64,000 nucleotides of DNA from Phoronis australis. Taxonomy: Eukaryota > Animalia > Phoronida. A program made the position numbers and the translations under genes. This document shows, piece after piece, positions 24,033-37,185 of this stretch. The stretch covers positions 617,981-681,980 of the forward strand of contig NMRA01000146.1 in the NCBI GenBank assembly GCA_002633005.1, given 5' to 3'. The notes below the pieces were generated by a model, which saw only the letters and a list, made by a program, of their open reading frames with translations, had not been told where the DNA came from and did not search any database. Each line of letters begins with the position of its first letter. The stretch's first letter is position 1.

Positions 24033-27000
24033 CTATAACAAACATAAATTATGTATCGGTCTATTGGAGAAACCTGCCTGACGTTTAACTTCAACAGTAC
24101 GTACAAGTCCATCATTGGATGGGAAAATTTGGGTGATGATTCTCAAAGGCCATTTGTTTCTAGGAGTACATTCGTTACCTATGAGAACCAAATCTCCGCC
24201 TTCGAAATTTCGCTGTGGTTTCATAAACTTGCTTACTATGTTTAATTTCTGCCTTCTCAGGCATTTCACCAATCTCTGGTTGATCAGGCCAAACCTGGTC
24301 ATCGTTCCAAAGAAATTCAGGTCCATTTATCCAGCGATTTTTGTTTATGACCTCATCACCTGACAGCCCTCTAGAAATGTCATCAGCAGGATTTTATTTG
24401 GTGTCGACATATCTTCACTGAGTTGGAGTTGAGCCTTCATGAATTTGTGCCACTCTATTGGCAACAAAGGTTTGAAATCTCTTGTCTTTACATTTCACAT
24501 AATGGAGTACTATCTTACTGTCAGTCCAAAAAACAGAATCTTCGAGTTCTCACTCAAGGTATTTTCTGATTGTTTGGTCAACTTTTACTGCAACCGTTGC
24601 AGCATGACAATTCAATCCTAGGAATTGTTGTTGGTTTTAGTGGTGTTAGCCTGCTCTTGGCCATCACCAAACAACACCAAATGTTATCGTGTGCGTCAAT
24701 TACGCGCAGGTAGGATACTGCACCGTATCCTGTCTCAGAAGCATCACAAAAGTGATGTAATTGTAATACAATAGAATTATATGATTTCCAGTTAGGTTTT
24801 AAGCACCTTGGAACCCTAAATCCTTTTATCTTTGGCAAGTCATCAAGCCATCGCAACCGCTGAGCTGCAATGTCTTGCGGGATTTCTTCATCCCAGTCTA
24901 TTTTCAAACGGCATAATTGTTGGAATAACATCTTGGCAAATAGTATGAGTGGGCTAACAAACCCAACGGATCATAAACGGTACTAGTCAGGCTGAGAATC
25001 CCTCTTTTGGTGAGTGGTACATTTCTCACGCTGACGTCGTATCCGAAGTGGTCGGATTTCAAATTCCAGAGCACACCAAGTGCTCTTTCAGGAGGTATGT
25101 TTTCGTGCTCAAGATCCAAGCTTGCTACTCCCTTGGACCACTCAGATTCAGGAATTGACGACATCCCTTGCCGTGAATTACTGATGAATTTGCTAACCCT
25201 GAATCCTCCCTTTGAGAGCAGGTCTCGTAATTCCTGGATCAGATTCATTGCTTCTCCTACTGAAGCGACTGACTTCAAACAGTCATCAACATAGAAATTT
25301 TTGTTGATTGTTTTTATTGTTTCTGAATCATAGCCATCTTGATTATCTCTGGCTGTTTTTTGTAAGGCAAAATGCGCACAGCTTGGGCTCCACATTCCAC
25401 CAAACAAATCAGAGGTCATCCGAAAGACAATAGGTGGTTTTGTGAGGTCATCGTCTTTCCACCAAAGAAAACGTAGGCAATCACGGTCCTCTTCATGCAC
25501 CTTTACCTGCATATACATGGCTTCTATGTCTCCCATAAACGCTATGGGTTCTTGTCGGAATTTCAACAAGACGCCGACAAGATTGTTCTTTAAGTCAGGG
25601 CCGTGATGTACAGCATCATTTAGGGACATCCCTGAATACCAGGCGGAACAGTCGTACACTATTCTCACTTACCCTGGCTTGCGAGGGTAAGTCACTGGAT
25701 GGTGTGGCAAGTACCATACAGTTTTCTCTTTGTCAAACGACATCTTTTCGGGGGGAACCTCTTCCACATAACACATTTTTAAGGATTCATGGAACCCCTC
25801 AAAATATTTTGGCGAAGCTCATTGTTTTTGGATAGACGTTTCCCGACCAATTCAAGCCGGTGCTTCGCCATTGGATAGTTGTTGGGCATTTTATGAGGAT
25901 TCTCTTTGAATGGTATAGGTAATGACGGCTGGTTGCCTTGCAATCGGCTAGATGACTCCCAAAGGGCAATGACACCTTGATCATTCAAAGACATTGTTGA
26001 TTTTTCTTCATACAGAGGGTCATCTAGCTTCCAACATTTTTCAACCTGCCTTTCCAAGGCAGTGTAAGAAATTGTTCGTTGTTTTTGTTTCTTGACATTA
26101 CCAATTGGACCATAGATTGTCCAGCCCAATGGTGTCCTGGCTGCAAAGGGTTCACCTTCCTTTCCAGTCCGAATCTCTAAATCAACTAACAAGTGGGCAT
26201 GGTCAGCGCATATTATAATGTCCACTTGTGACACATCAGCGTCCGCCAGATGGATGTGACATACGCTTGATATCTGCAGAGGTAACACGATTACCTATGT
26301 TTACATTTAGACTGTCTCGGGCCATCACACCCTTCAACATGTGAGTCCTATTGCCATTGAGGGCAGCGACCTCAATGTCAACAATTGTTACCTCTTCTGT
26401 CATACGATCACCATGTAATGTTGTTAACTCAATACATTCTTTCTTCCCAGACAGACCAAGCTTGTTGGGTAATCGGTCTGTGAACATGGTTGAATTACAG
26501 CATCTGTCTAAAAGAGCATAAGTTTGTACTTGAATTTTGTGGGTCGAATCTTGAAGAATGACTGGCACAATAGGCAACCCAATTGTACAGCCTTCGGATT
26601 TGACAAATGCACACATTGCATTTGACTGGGTTTCATGAGGTACAGTGGTTTGGTTGTTATTAGCTGAGGTAGTTGAGCCAGACTCAGATGGTTGCCCTTG
26701 ATGCAACCATCTGTTGTGTTTTTCATTGCAGCCAGTAATGTTGCAAGACCAATTTTCTTGCATTCTCTAGCAAAATGGCCCGGCTGAAAACAATGTATCC
26801 ATAGTTGTTTTTGATAACACGTATTGCCGTCTGTCTTTCACAGACAGGGCCCTGAATTTGTCACATTGATTCAAATAGTGGCCTGGTTTGTCACACATGT
26901 GACATTGATTATAGTTGCGCCCTGACACATTGTTAGTCTTGGACTTGGCAATTGTTGAAAATGCACTACCCGACCTCTTATGCTGTTGTTGTGATGGCAT

Positions 27001-27860
27001 ATGTGATGCCTGAGTAGTTGGGAATTTTGAAATGCTACCAAAAACGGGATAGCATTCCTCGTCCACGATCCTGTCGGTAAATGCTATTACGTCATTTAAA
27101 CCTACATGGTTTTGTTTTTCTTTTAGGTCCGCATTTTTTCTCTTCCATCTATTTTGCAAATGGTCAGGCAGCCTTTCTACAATAGACCTCAAACTCCATC
27201 TAGTTTCGACTTCATATAGATAATCGAGAGCCGACAAGGTTTCTCTACAAGTACGTAGGTCGTCAGCAAAACGGTGTATCTGCTAAACGTTTCTTATTTT
27301 CTGGCGTTTCAACACTTTATTTATCCATGTTTGTGAAATTATGTCTTCATTTCCAAATCTTTGTTTTAGTAATTTTCGTGCTAACATGTATCCTTCAGAG
27401 GGCTCCTTTACAAAGCAGCATTCCAGAAGGTCTCTAGGCTGACCACTACAATTTTGGATCAGGCAATTTAATTTTGTTGAATGATCGAGGGATTTACCCT
27501 TCATTGTATTGTCAAAGGAACGCATGAATGGGTAGAATTTTAACGGGTCACCATTAAAACTCAAAATTTCAACTCGAGGAGCACTTACACTGTATGCAAT
27601 AGAACGGTTCTGTTCAATAAACATCTGCATAGCATTTACAAATAAATCACTTACAGCTGTCTGTTGCTGTTGCTGTTGTTGTGGTTGATGACTGTGATCA
27701 GTGTCTTCTTCATTCACCCATTTCTGCGCTTGAGTAACAAACTTTTGTGCTGAGTCAAGCAGTCTCTGTTTGTATTCACTCGACTCTTCCTTTTCTACGT
27801 CACCCTCCAATTACGCGTCGTACATGTTGTGTGCTGCGAGGGCAGCCTCTAAACACTGGT
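24033..27860 (-). pseudogene. BEL/Pao gag-pol, frameshifted, integrase core absent
   Basis: ORFs 27283-27810 (FNGDPLKFYPF), 26767-27237 (Cys-His knuckle), 26236-26763 (YALLD protease), 25779-26288 (RTPLGWTIYG), 24904-25668 (RIVYDCSA, GDIEAMY, NFYVDD), 24578-24931 (RNase H) and 24033-24326. Confidence 0.92.
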
Positions 27861-27863
27861 TAA

Positions 27864-30800
27864 GAGACAGTCCATATAAAAACCAGTAGATTTTCAAAAA
27901 TCAGTCTATACGTCAAAATTTAAAACAACTTCATTTTTTGTACGTGGGTAGGTATCCTAACAAAAACCCAAATGCCAAATTTTATGCACTCAATGACCCC
28001 TAATTTCGCCGCTGGAGCATGATAACAAAAATCGGCACAATTGGGCATATTAGAAGTTTCAAAAGCAGCACGTATTCAGCAACAAAAATTAGTGTGTTAC
28101 AAAATTGATCAAAAGCTATATTTTAGTGGCTGAAATAACCACCGTATATAGTGCATGATTCTGTGCCATTTATTAAAATCTGACTATTTTGTGCTAGACA
28201 GGGGAGATAATCCACAGACCATTTTTGGGGCTAATTTAAGTGGCCATTTTTGTGACCTTCTTACTGCCATAAAACACCTTGTAGCCTTATGTGACGTTTT
28301 GAACATACAGTTAAAGAGTTAGTCTTGATGACTAAGCAATAAAAAATCTTGCCTCAACTTTGGACTTTAGTGAAAATTGTCTTGCAAAACTGTTTATTTT
28401 CATAGTTTGGAAATGGCGAGCAGAGTTTACAGACCATTTGAACAAACATTTAGGCAAGAAGTCTGCTTTAAATATTTATAGAAACCAAGTTTAAACTATT
28501 TCAAATGAAAACGAGATGTTTTCCAGGTTTATTACGCGGCTAGTATCAAAACTGAACCCGATGACCTTTGCCCACTGAGGGAGTCAGTCATTGAGGTTAA
28601 GCTTGAGGATATATAAAAATGTACGTGTAACCCTCTTGTATTCTTCCATTTGTTTTACATTATCAGTTTAATTTACACACTCTTTAGAACTTTTAATTGG
28701 AAATAAATGCCTTTAAGATCAAACGAGTAAGAATTGATATTTGTAATGACTGGTTTTAAGAGAAGCAAGTGCATTTTAAAAAGACAAAATGGCGGACGAT
28801 GTCGATGGGCCTTCATGTTCCTTTAAAGTTTATTCTGCAAAAAATCCGATTGCAAAAGCTTTGTGCTTTAGTGAGTTATATCAAAGACACCACTGAACAT
28901 TTGAGATACAGGAAACTATCTCACAAAGCAAGGCCTGTGCCAGACTACGGACTCGTACTTCCCAGAGTCGGTGAATTTCTGAATGAACAGGACCAGTCAT
29001 GGAAGAGTGAGGTAATTCTGGATGTTTCCACTCTGCTCCTCTCCTCCTTAACGTAGCAGCCTTGTCAAGTTCTACCGGCATTTCTGTTTCGAGATATGAT
29101 TAATGAAAGTTAGAATGGAAAGGATCTCTGTGATCGCAAGATCGCTCCACTCAAACAACGTGCAAAGTACTTTGTAGCCGAAGGTAACAATATCATAAAC
29201 TTTCTGGATTTGAAAGAAGCATTACTTTCCATTGGTCGTGTGAAGGGATGCTATGTGTATGCATGTTCAGTCAATGTAACAAAGTCTTTTCCAAAATACC
29301 CAGTTCCTGGTATAAGCACATTCCCAAATTTCCACAATTCCACCCAAGGAATTCGCGTGTGGAAATTATTCCATGTAGGTGGCGGTATGTTCTTACAAAT
29401 ACAGAGGAAATGGGAATCCTATTTCTCTAAAATACACTAACATCTCTAGAATGGCGGATTTTCAACACCAAGAGGCAAGGTTGGTATTCTATCTAGTGAA
29501 GAGCCTCAACATGAAAAGTTCCTTTGTACCCAGCAAGGTTACTCGAAATTTTTGCTACCGACGCAGAACTAGGTCAGCATTTGGATGTGGGTAACCACAC
29601 TGAACATTTACAGAGGGAAACCACGTACGACCACATAGCACGACAGTTGTCAGAAATGCTTTCAGGTGCAAGAACCGGGAGCGACATTTGAGGCAGCCTC
29701 AGAGTACTATTTGGATGACACGAATCCTGAAGCAATCGGTTAGGCATTGAAAAAAGGTAAAAGGTCAACAAGATTTTCAGCAAAGAATAAGAACATTCTG
29801 ACGAACATATTCGATGAAGGAGATAAGTCAGGTAAAAACGTTCACACTCGGAAGTGACAAAATGGAGAAAACATTACGAGAACCCACTGGTAAATTGTTT
29901 ACCTGTGCTGTTAAGTGAATCGCAGATTGGTGGATTTTTTCCAAGTTGTCTGCAGCAATGTTTATGACGATGCTATTTCTGCTGAAAATGCTGTTATGTC
30001 GTCAGATTTACTGAATGAAGTGGTAAATGAGCTCAACGTTTAGCCTAGATTCGTAGCATACCATTCAAAGATGTGTGATATATGAAGTCGAGACCGTTAC
30101 TTCTGTTTACTTGATGTCTGTCATGAATGAGTCATTAATAAAATTGTCTCTCGTGAATTATTTTCTATTGACTGTGAATGTGTACCATTTTATAGCACTG
30201 GTGATCACAGTGGCAGAAATATTCAGCGTTAGGGTGCCCTGTGTGTGGGGGGTGGAACACCAGGTTTTTGGCGACTGCTGGCGACTAAAATTTCTAGCAA
30301 CCAGCAGGGACATCACAATATGAACCCAAAGTTACAATGACTATTTGCACTAGGGGGCCATATCCACCTTGGGTGCCTTCCATTGCCTGTGGCACCAACA
30401 AGACAGATAGAAAACAAGGCAGGGGTGAGTTCAGTAACACTAGAACCTCTCTAAAATTTATCCAAAACCACGTGTTCTCGTTTAGAATGCAGAGCAATAT
30501 CTCGCAAAGTTTTGAATTATAGCAAGGTCCTCGTGTTACTGCTCTTTTTCTAGATGCGTCTTCAGTCTCCACGTAACCAAATGCAGCGCCATCTATCATT
30601 TAGAAGCACGCATGCCAGTTGATTTGCGTACATATTTTTGTAATAAGCAATAATCATCAATGCCGTTTTCAGAGAATGGTAATTAATTATGCTGTCTGCC
30701 TTTTCTCCAAAATACTATGTCGTGTTTCGCAAGCTAATCATATGTTCCAAGAACCCCCTATTGGCAGCAGAGGCAATTGAGAACATGCAAAAGGACGAAG

Positions 30801-31323
30801 TGCAGTTCGTGTAATGCTTCGTACGCAAAAACTACATTAGAGGCAATATTTCTTATTTTAGATTATGAACAGGTTAGGAATGACTGAACAAATTATTATA
30901 AAGTCAATTTCAGGAAAGGTGCGTTATGGCTGCTACAGAGTACCAAATTTGGCCGAAAATGACTTCAGTGAAACCCTGAAAACTAGCCATTTTTGCCTCA
31001 CAAATTCAAAACGTACAAATTTAAAAATGGATTTTGAAAGTTATGCTTTTAAATTATTCAGCCATTGCCCTTTCAATTCGTATTATTCATTTGTTTTTAC
31101 CTCACCACACATGCTAGTAAAATGCATTCAAACATGCCTACTTCGACGCCCAATTTTGTTGCAAAATGGAGGTACAGGTCATAAAAACAAAAATAATGAA
31201 TGAAAATTCTTAAAAAGTGAGGTTTTTCTACATCTCAACAAACCAAACTCATGTGCTAAGTTTCAAAAAAATCGGTGATTTTGGGTATAGACTCTACCTG
31301 TTGGTTTTTATATGGAGTCACTC
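27864..31323 (+). mobile_element. Sola3 DNA transposon (deleted, decayed) inserted in BEL gag
   Basis: GAG...CTC termini, TIR core TCCATATAAAAACCA, TTAA on both sides. Transposase remnants CDRKIAPLK...EGNNI...KEALLSIGRVKG, GIRVWK and FDEGDKSGK. Removing the element restores gag LLPEF|NQCLE. Confidence 0.85.
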
Positions 31324-31496
31324 TTAAATTCTGGTAGCAATTCCTGCATGGAATCGACATTTTCCTTGCTTTTCATGAGGCTGATGCCATGATTGATCAG
31401 CCTCGTGACTGCTCCTTTATCGACACCGCGCTGTTTTCTTAGGACCGACAGTTGTTGTTCCAACTTCAGTTGTTGTTGTTGTTGTTGTTGAGACAC
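31324..31496 (-). pseudogene. BEL gag N-terminus (polyQ)
   Basis: SQQQQQQQLKLEQQLSVLRKQRGVDKGAVTRL, continuing in frame across the Sola3 TTAA site. Confidence 0.8.
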
Positions 31497-31563
31497 GAGC
31501 CTTTCTCGCGATCAGTTCTTCAAACTTGTTGGTTTGATTATAAACCCGTTGGTTTAACTATAA

Positions 31564-32621
31564 TGTAGCGTACAGTCACACGCACATTAGATGTCTCTCT
31601 TGTTGTTGTTGTTGTTGACCCAGCGGTTTACACACGTATGATAATAATACCGTAACAGTGGCTCATAAAATTTCATTTGTGATTTGATACGAGTAATAAT
31701 AAAATACGATTTTCAATACGGTGAACGATTTACGATTCACGATACGATACGATACGATAAGATAGGTTAAACCTAAAACCATTAATAAAGATAATACAAT
31801 ATCTAATACAAATTGAAGTACCAAATGCATCATACTAAAATACAGAAAAATGCATATCTAATAACATTATCAACTCACAATTTGGCAAACAATAGTTAGC
31901 AGAAAGTTGTAGTTACAACAATTTCTATTACAACAATTTCTATGAGTTAATCAAACAATCAAAGAACTGAAAATAGTTGTTTCTAAAGTCAAAGTTAATA
32001 GTAAAACATCAAGAAACAAAGTTGTCTCTTACCAACGCTGGGTATCTGTGATATTTTTGAAGCAAGCAGCAGCCTCTCTCCAATCAATATGAATTCTAGA
32101 GTAGCTAACAGAATATTTATACTGAACACAAGAAAGGTGGGCGAGATAATTCAAAACATGAAAACCCACAAACTTCCTCCAAAATGCTATATCTACAGGA
32201 AATTCCAAAACAATTCTCTGAACGAGGTCGCTGGTTCCAAAACAATTATGTGAATCAATGTGCTGGACTCCAGTAATGAACCAAAGTCATTACGAATTAT
32301 GGTGCAGGACAATCAAGAGTTGAGTAATTCCGATGGACAAATAACAGATTATTGTTGTTGTCGGAAATGCCTCATCCCAAAGCTGACAGGTTTTTAAAGA
32401 CTTTAAGTTACACAACTTGCAAAACAAGGCACAATTGTTATTATAAACATCCCACAACTGGCAACAGACGTGTGGTGAGTCACCTCCCATGAACTCCTAA
32501 GAGACTACAAATTTTGGTAAACAACCAATATGTTTGATTAATTATACACTAGTCACTAAAATTGCATAACTTTGCTTTTAATTAGACTAATTATCTACAG
32601 CATCAGAAAATGTCACTAACA
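31564..32621 (-). repeat. 5' LTR of BEL/Pao element
   Basis: Direct repeat of 22900-23930; followed on the minus strand by TTATAGTTAAACC at the PBS position. Confidence 0.93.
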
Positions 32622-34847
32622 ACTAATATGAAAAAAAATTCTGTAAAACTGTATGATGAATTACATGTGGATCATTTGATGACCTTTGAACCCTTCCGGT
32701 GCATAATGAGTCCCGATGAGGAAACGAGTGTAAACTCAATAAAATGTGAGGCCAATGCTAATAATTAAAGATGTATTACTTTAAGCAGTTTAGAATACAA
32801 GATGAATTAATTGTTCAATTTTCAAAAGAAAAATATACCCAATGACCCATGGTTGCACCAATTGACCTGAAGCTTTAGAATTCAAACTCAATCGCAGTTA
32901 CCAAACAGATGTAATTTTCAAAATTTTATTTTAAACTCAGTGACCTTTGACCTATTTTTTCTGATTGGCTAGGCTTATTGTGTAGTAAAATAGGGTGTTC
33001 AACTGGCATGTTGACTTACACCAGTGTGCTTAAATTGAAAAGAATTCCTTAAAAATGTAAGAGATATCACATTTTGAACATTACATGACCTTTGCACTAA
33101 TTAATCCTATCCATTGCATTATTAGCGTCTTAGGAGAATTAGTGCAAAGCCCATATAAGGTGTGTTAAATGCTGAGAATCACAGATGTCTAACGGTTGAC
33201 GCATCAGAATAATTGGTGAAAGAAAGGACAAATTTTCAGAAGGAAAATGCACCTAATAACCCCATAGTTAAACTAAATGACCTGAAACTTTGCATTTCCA
33301 TCGAATAAGACGTACAAATCAAAATTGTGACTTTGAAGTGTCTTACTCAAGATTTTAGTTGGTACCTAATGACCTTTGACCTGTTCTATCTGATTGTATA
33401 ATTCGATTACTTTGAAAAAGGTAGCTTTAAAACTGGTGCATTATGAAATATGAATATATAATGAATCAAAATTTATATACTGCCTTAAAACACATGTTGA
33501 ATTTGGTTAAAATACCCCTACCGTTTTGGAGTTATTAAGTGTCAAAGTTGGCCGGAAAAAGAATAATAATAAAAATGAGAATAAGAAGAATACAATTGAA
33601 GAAAACCCATTAACAACAGCGCAGAGTAATAATTCAATGAGACCAGTCGACGACCGGTTGTTTAGCCAACCAGCAGCCGACTAACAACGGTCAGCTAGGA
33701 GCCGTCTGCTGAGTCGCATCTGCGGTCGGCACTTGGGTCGGCAAAGTGATCGCCTTGCGTAGACGACCAACTCGGATTAAACGTGTCCTTGGTAGGCAAT
33801 TACCCTTTTATGACTTAACGGGAGAACTTTGGCCAAACAAACATTTAACTTTCGCTGTTCGTTCACCAGTGGCAACTCCTGTCTCGACATCGGTTTGTCA
33901 ACTTTTGTTCAATTATTGAAAGGAGATAAAATCGAATCAAACTACAAAGATGAAGTTCGTGACATTACACAATATGTTGATATATTGACGGCGTGTTGAA
34001 ATCAAAGATTACGAGGAACAATTTCTAACTCTAGACACATTTTGCATAAAAATAAGCAAGACATTTGAACTACAGTAAAATTGCTTAAACATCAGAATAC
34101 AACGTTGAATGTTTTACGACCTCTAGTGTTTTCATGCAGCAGAATGCTCAACAACCAGCAGCAATTTGCGCTCTCATCAGTTACTGTTCTTGATCATCAC
34201 TTCATCACGCTGTATATTGCGCTTTACCACAGATAATAATTTTTCATCTCTATATAATTTCTTAATATGTTGGCACAGCAATAGAATCCAAGTTAATTTT
34301 AGGAACAACATAAACAATGGTTCGAACATAACGCAGATATTAAGATCATGGGTGCATTTAAACGGAAGGATGTGATCGGTTATAGTGGCATCCTTGATCC
34401 ATCATCAGTCCGAATTTGTTGTCATTTTCGGAATAAAGAATGTTTTCGAAGCTAGAGACATCCTATCAAGCCAGCTAGCTTGATGAAGACTAGCGTCAAA
34501 ATACAGCAAGGTGCCACTGTGTATTGAGCTTCGATAGTTACATGGACACTCGTCACCTCGTCGTGAAGCTTGTATCAACATGATCTGAAGACCGGTGAGA
34601 CTGCATGCAAAATCTGGTAGTCATTTGAAGTTCAATTTGCCCGTTACGGCTATTTAAGCCGAAAACATCCAACTCGTTTTCTAGCGTAATTCTCTGCCTT
34701 TTGTAACAAAAAAAACGTTTGTCGTCGTTTTGAAAGGAGTTCACTCGTGACACGTGACCGTTCCAGAATGTTTTCGACATCTAAAATTAGGTTTACTGAT
34801 ATTAAAATTCCAAAAACATCATAATGATGTGAAATCAATTCTGATCA

Positions 34848-36560
34848 TTTAATTTATTTGTATTTGTATTAAAGGCCTCTGGCCCAAAGTACAATAAACA
34901 AAACAACTAATCACGCACATTTGCACAAGCAGTCAACACATTTAAGAGTTGTTCTCGTCTTTTAAGGGCAAATTACACATATTTAACAGCAGATATATCA
35001 GGATTAGCGAGCAGGCGTATACAGGATTCTTGAGTTGGATGCCTACATTGAACTTCTTTCATAAAACGTGACCTAAGTTCACAATATCCCTTGCAAACCA
35101 ACAGGAAATGGTATCCATCCTCCACAAGACCATCATTGCAAGCCATACATAATCTATTGTAATATTCCACTTTCTCGTGCCTACCCACTTCCACTTGCAG
35201 TCTGAGCAACGTAAACGAGAAACGCTTGAATAAGACTATTGTGTAGCGGTAACTTAAGATATGGTTCAAAACAGTACAGAGTCTTAAAGTTAGAGTAGAA
35301 TTTAAGTTTTGCATTATGCTCAATTTCTGATCGCCAACCTTGCTCATAACAGTCATTAACTCTTTGCGCGAAGAAACTTAAAAACGAGACTTCGCACGTG
35401 ACACCTTGATTCGACCAAATTTGATAAAAAACGTATTTTGATAGCAATTGTCTAACAGAAGATACCCAAGTACTTCTTCCATTCCTATCTAAATCAACTA
35501 ACATGCCATAAGCCGCTTTAGCGTATCTAGTAGGTGGCATTTTCAATAACTTTAGCCAATATTTTACACACGTGACATAATACTTTGCATAGAGCGGATA
35601 AATTCCACATTCACCCAATACAGCTGTGTTTGAGCAAGAGTTTCCAACTCCAAGGGCAATTTTACAGAATTTAACATAAACATTTTCAACCCATTCGTAT
35701 TCTTTGAATCCCCAGATTTCCGCCCCGTAGTACATAGTTGGTACAGCAATTTTATCAAACAGTTCAAGTGATAGGCTCAATGGTAATTCCGGGAACCGGT
35801 TTCTAACTTTAGAGATGGACATTGCAGCTTTACTACCTTGACGTGCCAGAGTTTTAGTGGCTTTGGACCAGACTAATCTTGGTGTGAAAAATATTCCAAG
35901 ATATTTATACTGGGAGACAACCTCCACTACTTGGTTTCCATAATACCACTTCTCATACGCTCTGAGTGGCCCGCCATTTCTAAAACAACGATCTTAGTTT
36001 TTTTCAGATTTACTTTCATGCCCCAAGAAGAGCAATAATCATAAAGGCAATTTAACATTCTTTGCAAATTAATTTGAATGCTCGAACACAGAACCATGTC
36101 ATCAGCATACAGCAGCGATTTGACGTGCGGAGCCTCTTCATTGATATAAATCCCTCTAATATTTTGGGCATAATCTAGGACTTCGATAAATTCGTTCAGG
36201 TACATGATAAATAATAGTGGGCTGATCATACACCCTTTTCTGGTGCCGACAGAACAGTAAAAAAGTCGGTTAACCCTTCTCGGGTCCTTACGCATGAACG
36301 TAATTTGGTGTATATGGATTTCAAGATTTTAAGTACGTTACCATGGACACCAATTTTTTGTAATCTATACCAGAGTAGCATGTGGGGAACTCTGTCAAAC
36401 GCCTTCGAAAAGTCGACAAAAGCACAATGAAAACGACCCCCGGGCTAAGTGATATATTTTTGGCACATAGCCTGAAGCGTTAACATTTGGTCCTGAGTGC
36501 AATAGCCCTTGCGGAATCCCGCCTGCGATTCACGAAGTTCGTCATTTGCCTCAGCCCAGG
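34848..36560 (-). mobile_element. 5'-truncated LINE (RTE-X-like) RT and C-terminal region
   Basis: QAGFRKG, FVDFSKAFDRVPH, LLYADD, YKYLGIFF, YGAEIWG and RLCMAC...YHFLLVC motifs over several frames. 3' tail TGTACTTTGGGCC...AAATAAATT. Confidence 0.9.
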
Positions 36561-37185
36561 TCCTAAGGCGGTTGTTCAAAAGTTTGGTGAATAGCAAATG
36601 AATTCTGATCATTTGTTGCGTTGTTATGTCTCGAAGGAGAACGTTTGATTGAAGAATCTGAGAAAAAGATAGTGACTAATAGGTGACGCAATATCTCTTT
36701 GCGCCGAAAGTCAATGCAAAAGATCACACCAAAATTTTTGCAGCAGAACAATTGTTGAAAATCAATTTTTGCAACGACGGTAAATAATTTAGATTACACA
36801 AGGAATATTCTATTCTGTCAGTTTTTAGCCGCAATTTAGTAGACAGCTTCGCACCACGGCCGGAGCTTTCCGAGCCCTTTGGAGTAAGAACACAATACTT
36901 TGCGTTTTGCGTATACTCGAAGGGGTAAAACTTTGAAAACAATGTTTTCGTGGCTACTTGGTACATGCAATCCTAAAACAGGTAGTCTGTGTTTTCGTGT
37001 AGAGTGTAAAAATGCTTAATCGAGTGATTCAAAAAGAACATTCTCGTAAACGAAAACGCACCCAATTTTCAGTCCTGTTACAGGTTAAAATCATCTTGTA
37101 TAAGTTTATTGCATCGACTCTACTGATCACAATGTCAAGACAAAACACTTAAGGAGGCGCCATTTCAAACCTTTGGGATGAATCA

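Larger units (their letters stand above)
22900..32621 (-). mobile_element. BEL/Pao LTR retrotransposon, degenerate, with both LTRs
   Basis: Direct LTRs 22900-23930 and 31564-32621 (TGT...ACA); TSD ACTTA/ACTAA. Internal gag, protease, RT (YVDD), RNase H (LHHFCDASETGYGAVSY) and a C-terminal BEL domain (PRNKWPL). Confidence 0.95.
22800..33635. mobile_element. Probable non-autonomous Helentron-associated (HINE-like) repeat, split by the BEL insertion
   Basis: Begins AACTAGAAAG plus hairpin ATTATTGTCACGGCGTGACAATAAT and GTCTGCGC. Resumes after 32621 with ATGACCTTTGACC motifs and ends with AAT/AAG-rich sequence and GCGCAGAG (inverted to the left motif). Confidence 0.4.
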
